This document shows, piece after piece, positions 52,301 to 64,000 of a stretch of 64,000 nucleotides of DNA. Within the stretch, counting starts at the first letter, position 1; each line of letters begins with the position of its first letter. Location: contig NMRA01000006.1 of NCBI GenBank assembly GCA_002633005.1, positions 1,136,442 to 1,200,441 on the forward strand, read 5' to 3'. This DNA is from Phoronis australis. Its lineage: Eukaryota; Animalia; Phoronida. The notes below the pieces were generated by a model. It was not told the origin of the DNA, did not search any database, and saw only the letters and a program-made list of their open reading frames with translations. The translations under genes were made by a program, and so were the position numbers.

Positions 52301-55096
52301 CAATCAGTCACATTTTCAAACAGTTTATTCATAGTTGATTGGAGTCCCCGATAAGGATGACCTGGACTGTCATCCTATGCCCTTCCCCCCTTCTGCATGC
52401 TACTGATAGTGATACCTTTATTTTGCTAAGACTGTACCACATAACCTTAAAAATACAGGACTGGTCTTGCCTGGTTTCTCAACTATTTCAGTCAAATAAC
52501 AATTCCCCAAATTGACACCGGCTCTATAATCAAAAATGAAGAAATTTTAAAACACTTCTGCTGGTAATTTAGATTTTATAGAACAAAACTTAATCATGTG
52601 AATTCATAAATTTAGTTTATACTGTGTAGCTCACTAATGTAGTCAGTTTCTGTACCTTAGTCAACAACCAACAAGTCACACGGTATACAGAACAACCAGT
52701 CAGTATAATATCATCTGAAAAACTGCCATTGTATTTCAAAAGGAATCCATTGTGTTTTAAGACTGTAATCTTGAAGCGAAAACACAGAGTGCCTGCTTCA
52801 GTGTTAAATGCAAGTACTTACGCTGTGTATTGACAATATCAGATAACCACAGTGTCCAGGTGAAGAAGTCATGAAATAGAGAAAAAGGAACTGATAATTA
52901 TGAAATATGCAATTGCACAGCTACTAATACTTCTGTATTCTGATAAGGTAGTATACAGTACGATAACTTTCGTTATACCATAATACTGACCAACAACCTG
53001 GCCACGGAATATCACTTTTTATTCATGTCGCGATCTCACCAATAAGACCCTGTAGATTCCATAAACCTTGACAACAAAGGGAGTAGATGTCAATACAACA
53101 AAGCAGGAAAAAATAAGCCTATTTAATGTGATGAAAAGCTAAAAGGAAAGAAACATCAATGGTAGTGTAATGAACCAGGTCATGACTGTGACAATGGTGG
53201 TGTAATGGAACAGGCCAAGACTGTGATTATGGTGGTTTAATGAAACACATCGTGACTGTGACAATTGTGTTGTAATGACTCAGGCCATGACTGTGACAAT
53301 GTTCGGGCTGAGCTGACTAATCTTTCACTTGTCTAACATTTGAAAGTGAGCTTTTCTGATAAAATGTTGTTTGTTCATAACATTTCTGCCCAACAACATT
53401 AATTCTAGGCTCACGCTAGCCGCTCGCCAGCTCGTCATTGGCGAATTTTGAGCGGCACTGGCAATGTTAGAGCTAAGTCCACTCGCCAACTTGGCAAATG
53501 CTTTCGCAACTTGACAAACGAATTAATTTCAGGAAACCTACTCGCGTGTCAACTCAGTCAGCTCGAATCAAGTCGCGTCACCAACAACATTCTGACGGTA
53601 ATTCCATTTGGAGTCCTAAAAATAGCAAGCGAACGTTCCAGTTTATGCCGATCAGCCCCCCCCCCCACCACTGAAATAGCTCTTTTACTCCAACGAAATG
53701 TTCAACTGTGTAGGGAGAAATCTTGGTAACGGCAATTTCTCGCTTCATAGCGAGATCTTGTGTAAGTGCTTCTGCTCGTTGTGTGCAGGTGACAATGTCA
53801 AAATAAAGAATCAAAGACTATTTCGGTAGCAAACGTGACCCAGTTTCTGGTCCGGAGGTACTAAATTACCCGAGGGATAAAACTGGGCCGAGATGAGCTG
53901 TCTCAAACATGCCAAATGAACTCGGGGCTTAAATTTGTTATTTTCATATTGCATGAATCTCTCCCAATTCATTACCAACTTTCAGCGCATAATTTGTCGT
54001 GTCAAATGTTGTTTGGGACTTAACACAAACAGTTTTTCTTTTTGAGTAGTAAAAGGCGCGGATGACACAGGGAAGAAGGAGTTTGTTATCTATTTTTAAA
54101 TCAAAATATATCACATGTCATACCACGTCAGCTCGCTAGATGCCGCAAGTGCACAATAAAAACAGGGTTACACGGCCCTCGATTATCCAAGAGGAAAGGT
54201 GCCTGTGCCTTCAGAGAGGGGAGTTTTTGGGGGTGAGGGGAGAATTCTACCTCCCAATTACCATCAATAGCACCCCCATTCTGTTGCAAGAGCTCACAGG
54301 CTCTGCCCCTGTTGCAAGACCTCACAGGCTCTGCCTATTGGGCTCTGCCTCAAGTAGATAAAAGTAACATTTGCGCTCTTTCAAACTGTACTGAGTTAAT
54401 GTCCACAGTAGTTAAATAATCCGATGTAAACAGGGTCTTAGTCTGTGCTGCCTCCTCTAGGCTGCAATACCATCAGATTTAGACAGGACCCCAGTCTCTG
54501 GCCTCCTTTCAGCTTCAATATAAATCATCAGAACTAAAAAACACCTCAGTCCATACTTCCTCTTCATTGCTGCAATACATATTATAGGATCTAGACAGGG
54601 CCCACTCTGTGCTGCCTCTTCTGGGCTGCAAGTGCAATACACATTATGGGATCTAGACTACACCCCAGTCTTTGACTTTGCTGCCTCTTCTGGGCTACAA
54701 TACACATCATGGGATCAAAACAGGGCCCAGTCTGTATTGCCTCTTCTGGGCTACAATACACATCATGGGATCAAAACAGGGCCCAGTCTGTATTGCCTCT
54801 TCTTGGCTACAAGTCACTGCCTACATGACTAAGACTGAGAGTGTTGACTGTTGTGTTGTCAACTAAGCTGGTAATGACTAATGGTATACAGCATACAGGC
54901 TATACAGCAGAGCATTTCACGACCAAAATCAAATTATGCGTAAACTGTGCCTGTTTTTGAAGTTACAGCTAAGAATGCGTGTGATTTCTAGAAATATAAT
55001 ATCAGACTTCGGATTCGGCATTAAAACGGTGAAAACTTGGCACAATTTTGGTGAGTTTTTGAAGTTTAATCGATGTTTACCTCGAATCCCTGCCAT
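49367..55096 (-). CDS. LEPROT: Leptin receptor gene-related protein / VPS55 family (endospanin), 131 aa
   Basis: Exons 55096-55081 (MAGIR), 52822 (1 nt), 51694-51626 ([22 protein letters not shown]), 51003-50811 ([17 protein letters not shown]...[14 protein letters not shown]) and 49483-49367 ([20 protein letters not shown]...DYTSW*). Total 396 nt. LEPROT and LEPROTL1 cannot be told apart; likely a co-ortholog. Confidence 0.92.
52822..52822 (-). CDS. LEPROT: Predicted 1-nt microexon (C) of LEPROT/VPS55
   Basis: Minus strand reads ...tatctgatattgtcaatacacAG|C|GTAAGTac. It supplies exactly the one base needed to join exon 1 (phase 1) to the next exon (phase 2) as GCC (Ala). Confidence 0.75.
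53160..53300. repeat. About 35-bp diverged tandem repeat x4
   Basis: atggtggtgtaatg...gactgtgaca units. Confidence 0.75.
54430..54812. repeat. About 55-60-bp diverged tandem repeat
   Basis: ctgggctacaatacacatcatgggatcaaaacagggcccagtctgtattgcctctt units. Confidence 0.75.
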
Positions 55097-56224
55097 CGCC
55101 TGGTTGTGACGTTGCAAAATCTGTGCACTCTCATCTGCAGCGCCACCTCAAGTATGAGAATGTACTAAACGTTCAGCAAGCGGGCACTGCCCAAGTAGCT
55201 TGTCCAACGGAGCTAGCTCAGGCAACACAGGCTGCACATTTCTTGATTTTTGAAAATATAGATATTTTCACATAGACAGCCCCACGTCTGAAGGAGGCCA
55301 TTGATGAAATTCAAGTGGCCACAGTTTTTATGCTTCTATTAACAAATTCTGAAGAGTACGCTCCGGAGGAAGGACCCATCATGTTGGACTCGATTACTAT
55401 TTTCCTGTTTTTTGTGAAATCGTGCAACCAACTTTCACGTTGAAGAAGGTCACTTCCTGCACCGTCGTCTGACCACACGACGGTGGAATGAACTGTCACT
55501 CTTTTCCAAACTTAATGTCGTTTAGGTTTTCATAATTAAGGGGTCCCAATTCAGATGGGACCCTCTTTCGGTGGAGCAGTTCGGAGAATTGTCCCTTTGT
55601 CCCTCAATACATCATGAAATCCGACACTGCCAAGTATTCACGAGGGAATTTGTAATTCGAAATTCATTAAAAAAACAAAAAAAAAACATTCATGCACAGC
55701 ACAGCAGTATCAAGACATTCGACCCAAACAACCAAAAAATGTGAAAAAATACAATAAGATTGACCGCCATCGTAAGGCACTGAGTCAGGAATTTTAAAGA
55801 ACGTGAAGACCGCTGTTTGTTAATTACACAAAATGACTATTTCCGATGGTTAGTCATAAAATAATGTTACTGTTTCCCATATTGTCACAAGAATAGTATC
55901 TCTTTTGAAGATGGTTATTATGAGTTGTAGTTGTATATAAGGAATTCCCACAGGTGGAAAACCGTGCTGCTGTCGAGGCTACCATTGGGGTGACCGTGTA
56001 CATGTTGAACGAGTGTACCCAAATGCTCTCAATAATAAACAAATTAAACAAATATTTCAGCGTTTTTTTGTTTTTTTTAGGTCAAGTGAACCGTTATAGG
56101 TACCTCGGAAATACACCTTATTATAAATGTCTAATGTCCCATTTCGCCCAGTTACCCGTCAAAATCTACAAGCATGGCTACGTAAATTGCTTAAAATATT
56201 CAATTTTGATCAACAAACTCGTTG

Positions 56225-56860
56225 GTTTCTGATTTACATGTTTATGTATTTACGAAAACCGACAGGTTAATAGGTGATTTTTGGCAATTAGAAGCTAATC
56301 GTTTAAGACATGATGACGATTCAGGGAATTTAGTTGAAGCCTCAATATGAAAATAAAACTATGCGATCCCCAAATAGTGAAGTGCACTTGGACGCTGAAA
56401 TAACTCTCAAAAACGTTGATGAAATTTGGACACTTCCCAAAAAATTACTCACAACTCAAATGACAATAAATGCATTGCTTTTTGACTTCGGTAAGATTTG
56501 TTGTTTAAAGTCATTAACAGGGGATCAAAAATTAATTAAGTCATTAAATCAAGGTAAACGCATTGCTCATGTATTTGATTGTTGCTTTCTGATTTACATG
56601 TTTATGTATCAACGAAAGTGGACTTATTGACGATTTTTTGACAATTAGAAGCTAATCTTGTAAGAAATGGCAATACTTCAATGAAATTAATTGCAGGCCG
56701 ACATTGGGAAAATTCGATCTATCATCAGATCCCCAAATATAAAAGTACGGTAAACGATTTTTGTCTATCTGAAATAAGTCTCAAGGAAATTGATGATTTT
56801 CGGACAGCTCAACAATATATCCTCAAATGTTCTCACAATTCAAATGACAATAAATTGTTT
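56225..56860. repeat. Diverged tandem duplication of about 360 bp
   Basis: tttctgatttacatgtttatgtat, caattagaagctaatc, gatccccaaata and caaatgacaataaat each occur twice in the same order. Confidence 0.7.
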
Positions 56861-59503
56861 ATTGGCTTAAGAACTAGGTTACTGGGTTTAAATTTACAAA
56901 CCGTAGATCGAAAACGAAGTTTAAGAACTTAAATAAATAAAATCAAACTTATTAGTCATCAACTTGGAAAGGTTGTCTTTGAACTTCCTTTATGTTTTTG
57001 GTTTCCAGTAGTATTGGGAAATGATTTTTTGTTCTTCAAAGCTGAATCGTTTGCTTGCATTTCCCGTGCATACCGTACATTCACGGCATGCGCACACAGC
57101 CTAAAATACAGGGAGGTTCGAATATTTGAGGATGTGGACCTTTTACTAAAAAAACGAATACGGGGTTCGTTATGGGCTATGAATTGTGCATACGCCGAAT
57201 CCTGCCTTTTTGTGGACTTTTGTCAGTTGTTTTTCTCGGACTTTTTGTTTCTCTGAGGCGGATCATTTTGCCCACTTTGTCATCGAGGCCCCTGAGTCCC
57301 CCCAGGTGCGCGCATGCACGGAGCACGTCATGATAGGCACACCCACGTTAAAAATAAGGTGTAGGACCTAACTATGCTGTAGGCCTGCTTTGTATCTCAG
57401 TTACACACGGGAACTGAATTTGAACTCCAGACGTTGAAGTGCGTACATTTTGGACCTGTATCATTTTACCTAGCAACCACAAACTGGACTACCGGCTGTG
57501 TTTCATCAAGAGATTCTGAAACGGCCACGAAGGCACTTATACCAGGCACCTCGGGACCTCACCTTTCTAAAAATTACTTCAAATAATGGCCATAATAAAA
57601 TGAAGTTTTCCCGAAACTGGCTATTAATCAAAGGAATCTTGACCTTCGACCCAGCTATAGTTACTTCAGGCAGCTCCCAGCTCAGTACCCGTCAGTGCAT
57701 GCGCTCGGTGCATTCACCCATCCTTACTCTCCGTGAATCTTTGTTGGTTCACGGTTACTCAAGTCCTGATGGCTGCATCCCCGTAGTAATACCCCCACCT
57801 ATCGAGACGTGAAGGCCGGGTTCGATACAAATATAGTGACATCCAGCGAACGAGGGACCGGGGGTTACGATAGCAAACTAGGAGGAAGGTTGGCGAAGTC
57901 AAATTGGTTTGTACCGGGGTTTTCGGTAGATTAGCCCATCCGATGACAAAACGGCGGCCCATGGGCCGCTATTTGGTCGGTGTAAGTGTAGAAATGCAGT
58001 GGGGCATTTAGCGGTTTGAGTGGCCCTACATTATTGGTGTCATATGAACTGGCTAAATCTTCCATTCTAGTCATTTACTATTTAAATCTGAACACTGGTA
58101 TTTAAAGCAGCATTGGTGGCATTTTGTATGTTTATCGTTATAAAAAATAAAGTTTTGAACAAAAATTACTCATTTGTTTTTTTTCTGGATACTATATGAA
58201 CTCCTGTTTCTGTTGCTGGAATGTCCATTCCATATTAGTTACTTGTACATTTACCGGTGCTATCTGTTTTGAAACCAAACTTTACACTACATAAGTGGAT
58301 TTAGGCTTCCCTTTCGCACATGATAAAAATGGCATTGACATGTCGTTTTCAGTTCCTGAAATCCTTAGCCATTTCTGATACCTACTACTGATTCCGGAAT
58401 GATAAAATTTCGTTCCATATTATTTATCTGTACACTCACCAGCACAATCTGTTTTGAAACCAAACGCAGGGTCGGATCCAGGTTTTTCAAAAATGGGTTC
58501 AAATCAACAATTCGAAAATTCTAGATTTTACATAACTAAAATCAAGGGAAAAAGGGATCCGGAACCCTTTTACCCCCCTGGATCCGCCTATCAAACCGTG
58601 ACGGTACGCTGCATGGATGGATATAGGGGGTCCGAGGGGGTCCAGGGCTCTCTCATTCTGCACACGGTTAAAAAATGGCGCCGACCTTTCGTTTTCAGGG
58701 ATCTCGCGAGGGTTTTTCCTACAAAAATTGACGTCACGCCCCTTGCAAGGCTATTAGGAAGGTTTATCCTTCGGAAATTGAGGTCGGGGCCCCCACTTCC
58801 ATGGATCCGTCTATGGGTATGAGTTCTTTTTTAATAAATGTGATACCTTCAACACAGCATAAATTAAAAACAGAAATATAATGTTAAAAAGGACTAGTAC
58901 ACTAGCTGCGTCTCATGAAGTGCTCTATGTGCAATAATTTCAGAATTCATTTTTTAGCAAAATACATGACCGGCGTGCTTCTTGTTGCACTCAGTGACTG
59001 GGAATGAACATAATCAATCCAGGCTAAATCTTCCTCATTAGGGCTTGAAAATCGTACTACAGATCACGAAACTTTAAGTGACTGCTTTTTACATTTCTGG
59101 CCGCAAACCCGTTTTCAACACCCTGTTGGACACCGTTTTTTTTTCAGAAAATTCATTCGAAAACAGCATTTTTGATATCTAGGTCACACTGTTCGTGACC
59201 TCCGCTATCGGCAAACAAGGGAACTGAATTATACTCTCCACAGATTTGATTTGAAAATGGGTTTGGGCTCAAAAATTGCCTTCCGGGCGATTGGCTGTGT
59301 ACCATCAACATGGCCAAACTTCAAACTTCAATGGACACCGAAAAATCTTCACCAATCTTTCCAATATTCAGCATAATGAATCCTTAGATCTATGTTTTTC
59401 TCGCTAGCTATCGGCAAATTGCAGAGTTGTCTCCCCTAAATCAAAATTCCTCGGAAAACCCCTTCTTGTGTGTATTTCTGTGGGGGAATAGTTAGCTGCT
59501 GGC

Positions 59504-59515
59504 TGCGCATGCGCA
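59504..59515. promoter_or_regulatory. NRF1-type palindromic motif TGCGCATGCGCA upstream of the zinc-finger gene
   Basis: Perfect consensus. A YY1-like aaaatggcgg (about 59984) and a candidate first-exon donor ccag|gtactg (59874) lie nearby. Confidence 0.45.
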
Positions 59516-60493
59516 CTGCCTATGTCAGATATTTCTGGCGTTGACGGTGCTGAAAAACGTCAATTAAATGAACGGGCAATTTGTGACACATTTGCCCTGG
59601 TTTTGCTAGCGGTTTGAGTGGCCCTACATTATTGGCGTTTCGCCAGTATGTAGTCAAATCTATCAAAGGACCCGTGACAGTGCGAACATATAGAGACCTT
59701 TGTATTGTCGCAACTGGCAAAAGCCTGTCATTATCCTGGCACACATTTCATTACCATGCGTTATTACCTTGGCACACTTAATTTCTTGATTCCGCAAGCT
59801 TAGCTAGGCGCCTCTTCACTCATCAGTGAACGTGCTGAACAGGCGAAGTATAATAAGCTCCGTAAAAACTCCAGGTACTGTTCCAGGTTTTTTAATTTAC
59901 TTGTGTTGTGCATTGAAGCTAATAACGATCTACTACAACCACATAGACACACTATTACACGAGTGGGGTGAGCAAGCTAATTAAAATGGCGGAACTTCAA
60001 CAGGAGCGATAATTTGTCATTTTTCATGTTTTTTAAAAGCTCATATATATTAATATCCTTAATGGTGGAAAACTCAAAATGTTCCAGTAAAATATTTAAA
60101 CTTTCTTTTTTCGTTTGACACTCATTTAAACTAATGGGGGAATTGAGTGCAAAGCCAAAGTCCCTCCATTTGTTCGCAGGCCAAAATTTGGAACATAACT
60201 CGACGTTTGAAAAACATCCTGTCCGTGACATGTTGCCGTACTCGCCGATCATTGCAAATTGTGGGACTTCTGCTGTTTATGTATTCAACAATTAGTTTTC
60301 CATGAAAAAAGCCTCGGAATGGGTTTCCATTATTGGGTAATTCGAGTTTGCTCCTCTAGCACTCAATACCTTCCATGCAATGGAAAATGGTCAGCACTAA
60401 AATGACACATGACCCTATTATGCATGCCACTTACTTTGGGAGGTATAAAACAAAGCTGGGGTTTGGTTTTTAAATATTGAGAAAAGACATTTC

Positions 60494-61748
60494 ATCTTCA
60501 CTCGCTCTTGTTCAAATAAATTGTCCATGTAACAGTGACTTACTTTGCATTGTTTAACTTAAAGTTGATACTTGCTTATTTGTAAAAGCATAAAGAGTAT
60601 TGTCATAAAAGGCATTGTAGTAAATAAACATCACAAAAATTCCCCTCTAAGTAAAGGTACGAAATTTCCCTTCTTAGTAAAGTACACAGCAAAAGTTCCC
60701 CTTCTAAAAGGTACAGGCACCTTTCCTTCTGGGCCCTGGATGATTACGGAATGGTTTTGTTGTAGAAATGCGACTAATTATTTTCTTTTTGAGCAGAACC
60801 CATTTCAGTCAACGGGCTAAATCTTGACAAAAATTTTGGCAATGCGCCACGCACTTTATCAAAATCATGACAACTTACTTCAAACTTCCTTTTACACAAA
60901 TAAACATTTACTGGCTTGTCACAATGACGTCATATTTTAACACCAGCTGGGTAAAGCTGCACAAAAGTATTTCCTGAGCACATCCCCAGAAATCACTTTC
61001 GCATTACAACCAGGTTCCCATTCATTCCCTCGCATACAATCATTACTATTACCGAGCTCAGAGGATTAATGCTTGATTGTCAGCCAGCCAGTAAAGCCAG
61101 GATTCGAATCCGGGTCTCAAAGGGGAGTCCAGAGTGCAAACTACTGAGCCACACTGTCTCCTTATTGTGACATCAAGACTTCTACTAAACTGGCACTCTA
61201 GTTTATTGTGGAAACTACTGTACTGTTACGTTCACATAAATAATGCCCAAGGCCGTTTTTATGAAATATTTGGTCTTGTGCTTCCACTTTGCAGTTGCTG
61301 AATAAAGTTTTAGTCTAGATGAGTGCATCACAGTCTATAAATAATTGTTAAGTTACTAGAAGTTATGTGTATATTCTCAGTAATAGTGTGTGTGTGTATT
61401 CATGAGATTAGGTGGCACCTTTTCAACAAATCTGTCAAAGTTAGACAATTATCTACAAAGTTTTTTGAATTTAACTCTTGACAGTAAAATTTTTTTATTT
61501 TCTGAAATTAGAATGCAGGGCCCTCACTCACCTGAAGGGAAAGGTGCCTGTACCTTCTAAAAGGGGAATTTTCTCCTCGTCTTTTATGAAGAAGGGAATT
61601 TTGTGATGTTTATTTACTAACAATGCCTTTTATGACAATACTCTTTATGCTTTCAAAGTAAGCAAGTATCAACTTTAAGTAGAGCAATACAAAGTAAGTC
61701 ACTGTTACATGTACATCCACAATTTATTTGTGCAAGAGTGAGTGAAGA
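60494..61748. repeat. Inverted repeat pair (about 240-bp arms, 60494-60738 and 61516-61748)
   Basis: catgtaacagtgacttactttg...aaggtacaggcacctttcc versus ggaaaggtgcctgtacctt...caaagtaagtcactgttacatg. Confidence 0.8.
60880..61161 (-). mobile_element. tRNA-derived SINE
   Basis: Minus strand shows an A box gtggctcagtag, a B box ggattcgaatcc and a body motif aatgggaacctgg. Confidence 0.55.
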
Positions 61749-62979
61749 CAACCTGTTGTCACATAGATGAATGATCAGCCTAGCTGCGCTTTCGGCATCC
61801 ACCTGCCATTTATTACTGTTTTCACAGTGCTTGGCTTATGAAGGCAACACCAAGACAATGGTTCATTTATGCTCCAGCACAGAACAATGGAGTTGTTCGT
61901 AAATATTCATGGGAGGAAATAAATTTCAAAACTAGCTGCGAAATATGCCAGCACTACTAACACCTTAGAGACAAAGTGAGTTGAGCGATGCTTGTGACGA
62001 ACAGACCCTCAAATTGCATCATAGAATCCACTTTGCAGGCACAATAATGAAGGGTTTTAGCTAAACAATGTTTTTAATCTCTCACAATAGTACGAGTCAC
62101 ACATCATCAAATTTGACCATTTAGTCCTTTGTCCACCACAATGAATAGACGAGAAGAGCACTGCTTAATGACTGTTCTTAGATGAGTTGTTGATGACACT
62201 GAATAATTCTGATGGGGTAGCTGTTCAAACTTGGTCTGCTTGAGACTGCTTGTGAGGGGAGTGCACCGTGCATGACAAGTTCATCAGTGAAAAGACACTT
62301 GCCTGTATGTTTCTATGCTCCGCCGCATGGCTTTTCGTAATTTTCCGCTTATAGAACTTGTTGGTGTGCCATTTTGAGCTGTAGACGAATGGAAGTTGTC
62401 TTTTAGTTTTGTGTTTTTAATACGTGAGGGTGAAATATTGCAAAACTGGTTCTCGTACTCTGTATGTGGCACTTGCTTTATAAGGAAACCACCTTGTGAT
62501 GTTTCTGGTGTCACCGTGTCTGGTGGCCTTGTGACTAAAGTCAGTGGGTTTGAGGTTGTCTGAGATTAAAATAATGAGGATAATTTTTGATGGCTCAAAG
62601 GGGAATTTTTTGACCTAACGAGAGTATTTTTGCATGATTTTTTAATATTTTTGAGAGGGAAATGGGGCTGATATTAGGCCCCGATTTCAAGAGATCAAAG
62701 GCGTTATAATGCTGATAGAATTTGAGTTTTTACTTCATACCTTTCTGCCATTACATGGGTCCCATGACCATGTCTTTTTCATGAAATTTAAAACAAAAAA
62801 GAAAGGTACATTTGTAGTAAAACCAATGGTTTCAATGACATGACCAAATTTTATTTGGTTGTATACAAAATTTAAGATGAGATCTCAAAAACGCTTTTCC
62901 AGTTTTTGGTTATACTGGTCAGTTTCTTGCATTGTCCAACCACATTGTATTGTCAACTGAAATTTAATTTCTAATTTAG

Positions 62980-64000
62980 GTATTGCCTGATGTCATGGAA
63001 GAAAACTACTGTCATGTGTCGACAATACAACAAGAATGTGTTACTGACCTGAAAGATGGAGATTTGCTTGTGACCGAGTGTGGGGAGCATCATGCTGATG
63101 GCCTACGTGTGGTGTATGGCATAAAATATGCCAGTGCTAATACTGTTGGCAGTCCAAGTATGGGTAGTGGTCGAGGGAGTTCTGTCATGTTTGGGCAACA
63201 TCATCAGGACAGCCTGAATATGGGCGGCAGTGTAGAACATGATACTGCTGGAAGTTTAAGTGAGTCCTGTGATAGAGAAATATCTATCAAGCAAGAGTTG
63301 AATGAAGATCTAGTTGAGTGTGAAGGAGGTGGATATGCTGTTGGTAACAATTTATTTGTACCAACTGAGTTCAATCTGGAGTGTGATGAATACAACAATG
63401 TGGGGGATCGAAGAAGCTTTGAATCTCTGTCAAAGGAGACTTGTTATGGTGCAACACAACCATGCAATTGCAATGAATGTGTTGAGGTGGTCACACACCA
63501 GAGCCATCTGTTGGAGCATTCAGAAACAACTACCGGGGAGAATCCCTACGTCTCTAATGTTTGTGGAGAGTCGTTTCCATGCAAGTGTGGTATTGTCCAC
63601 TCAAACACAAATGCCAGTATGAAACTGTGCAAGGGTGTTTGTAGAAAATTAGTTTATAAAAACAGTGAACATGTGAGGCATTCCACCCATACACCATACA
63701 GTTGTACTGTACGTGGAAAGTCCTTTGAGAAAAATTGTGTTCTTACACATACAAAAATGCAAATTACAGATATTCTTGATACAGTGACTGGAGAACATTC
63801 TAGTAGGAGTCTGTATAGGTGCACTGTTTGTGGAAAATCATTTAAATACAACAGTGCTTTTGTTATTCATAAAAGAATACACTCTGGGGAGAAACCATTT
63901 ATGTGTTCTTTATGCGGAAAGTCCTATGGCCGAAAAGCTCATCTCATTAATCACTTCAGAACACACACTAATGAAAAGCCATACAGCTGTTCTTGGTGTG
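62980..64000 (+). CDS. C2H2 zinc-finger protein (3'-partial)
   Basis: Acceptor ctaatttag at 62979; the frame is open to the window end (ATG 62995, MEENYCHVSTIQQEC...). Fingers YRCTVCGKSFKYNSAFVIHKRIH-SGEKP-FMCSLCGKSYGRKAHLINHFRTH-TNEKP-YSCSWC. Absent from the ORF track because there is no stop in the window. Confidence 0.88.

Noticed and set aside
52822-52872. Alternative LEPROT first exon starting ATGACTTCTTCA and using the same donor
   Set aside because: It ends in phase 0, which is out of frame with the next exon, and has no similarity to the family N-terminus.
53405-53900. Possible 5' end of a hAT transposon (MSK*RIKDYF-like)
   Set aside because: No partner TIR, TSD or transposase core is visible; too weak to call.
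57450-57965. Telomerase RNA, 7SK or RNase P/MRP candidate
   Set aside because: No telomeric template or family signature motifs could be found by eye.

Overview
Intron-rich, AT-rich animal genomic DNA, probably a lophotrochozoan or mollusc-type invertebrate (inferred from repeat types and protein style). Five spliced protein-coding genes were rebuilt by hand from GT-AG sites and codon phase. (1) The 3' part of a MuSK/Nrk-type receptor tyrosine kinase (+; Ig, Thr-rich stalk, Frizzled CRD, Kringle, TM, kinase) with an unusual DFA motif. (2) PSMG3 (-). (3) A CLIP3/CLIP4-type ankyrin + 3 CAP-Gly gene (+), head-to-head with PSMG3. (4) LEPROT/VPS55 (-). (5) The start of a C2H2 zinc-finger gene (+). 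A complete but decayed Ty3/Gypsy element (5-bp TSD) carries a Harbinger-like MITE in its 5' LTR. There are also many MITEs, foldbacks, minisatellites and an N gap. The top finding is that the LEPROT frame only closes if a single-nucleotide exon (AG|C|GTAAGT at 52822) is included, giving a 131-aa protein. Other highlights are a five-fold in-frame duplicated splice acceptor in CLIP4, a palindrome array with a compensatory base change, and a nested antisense pseudo-ORF.
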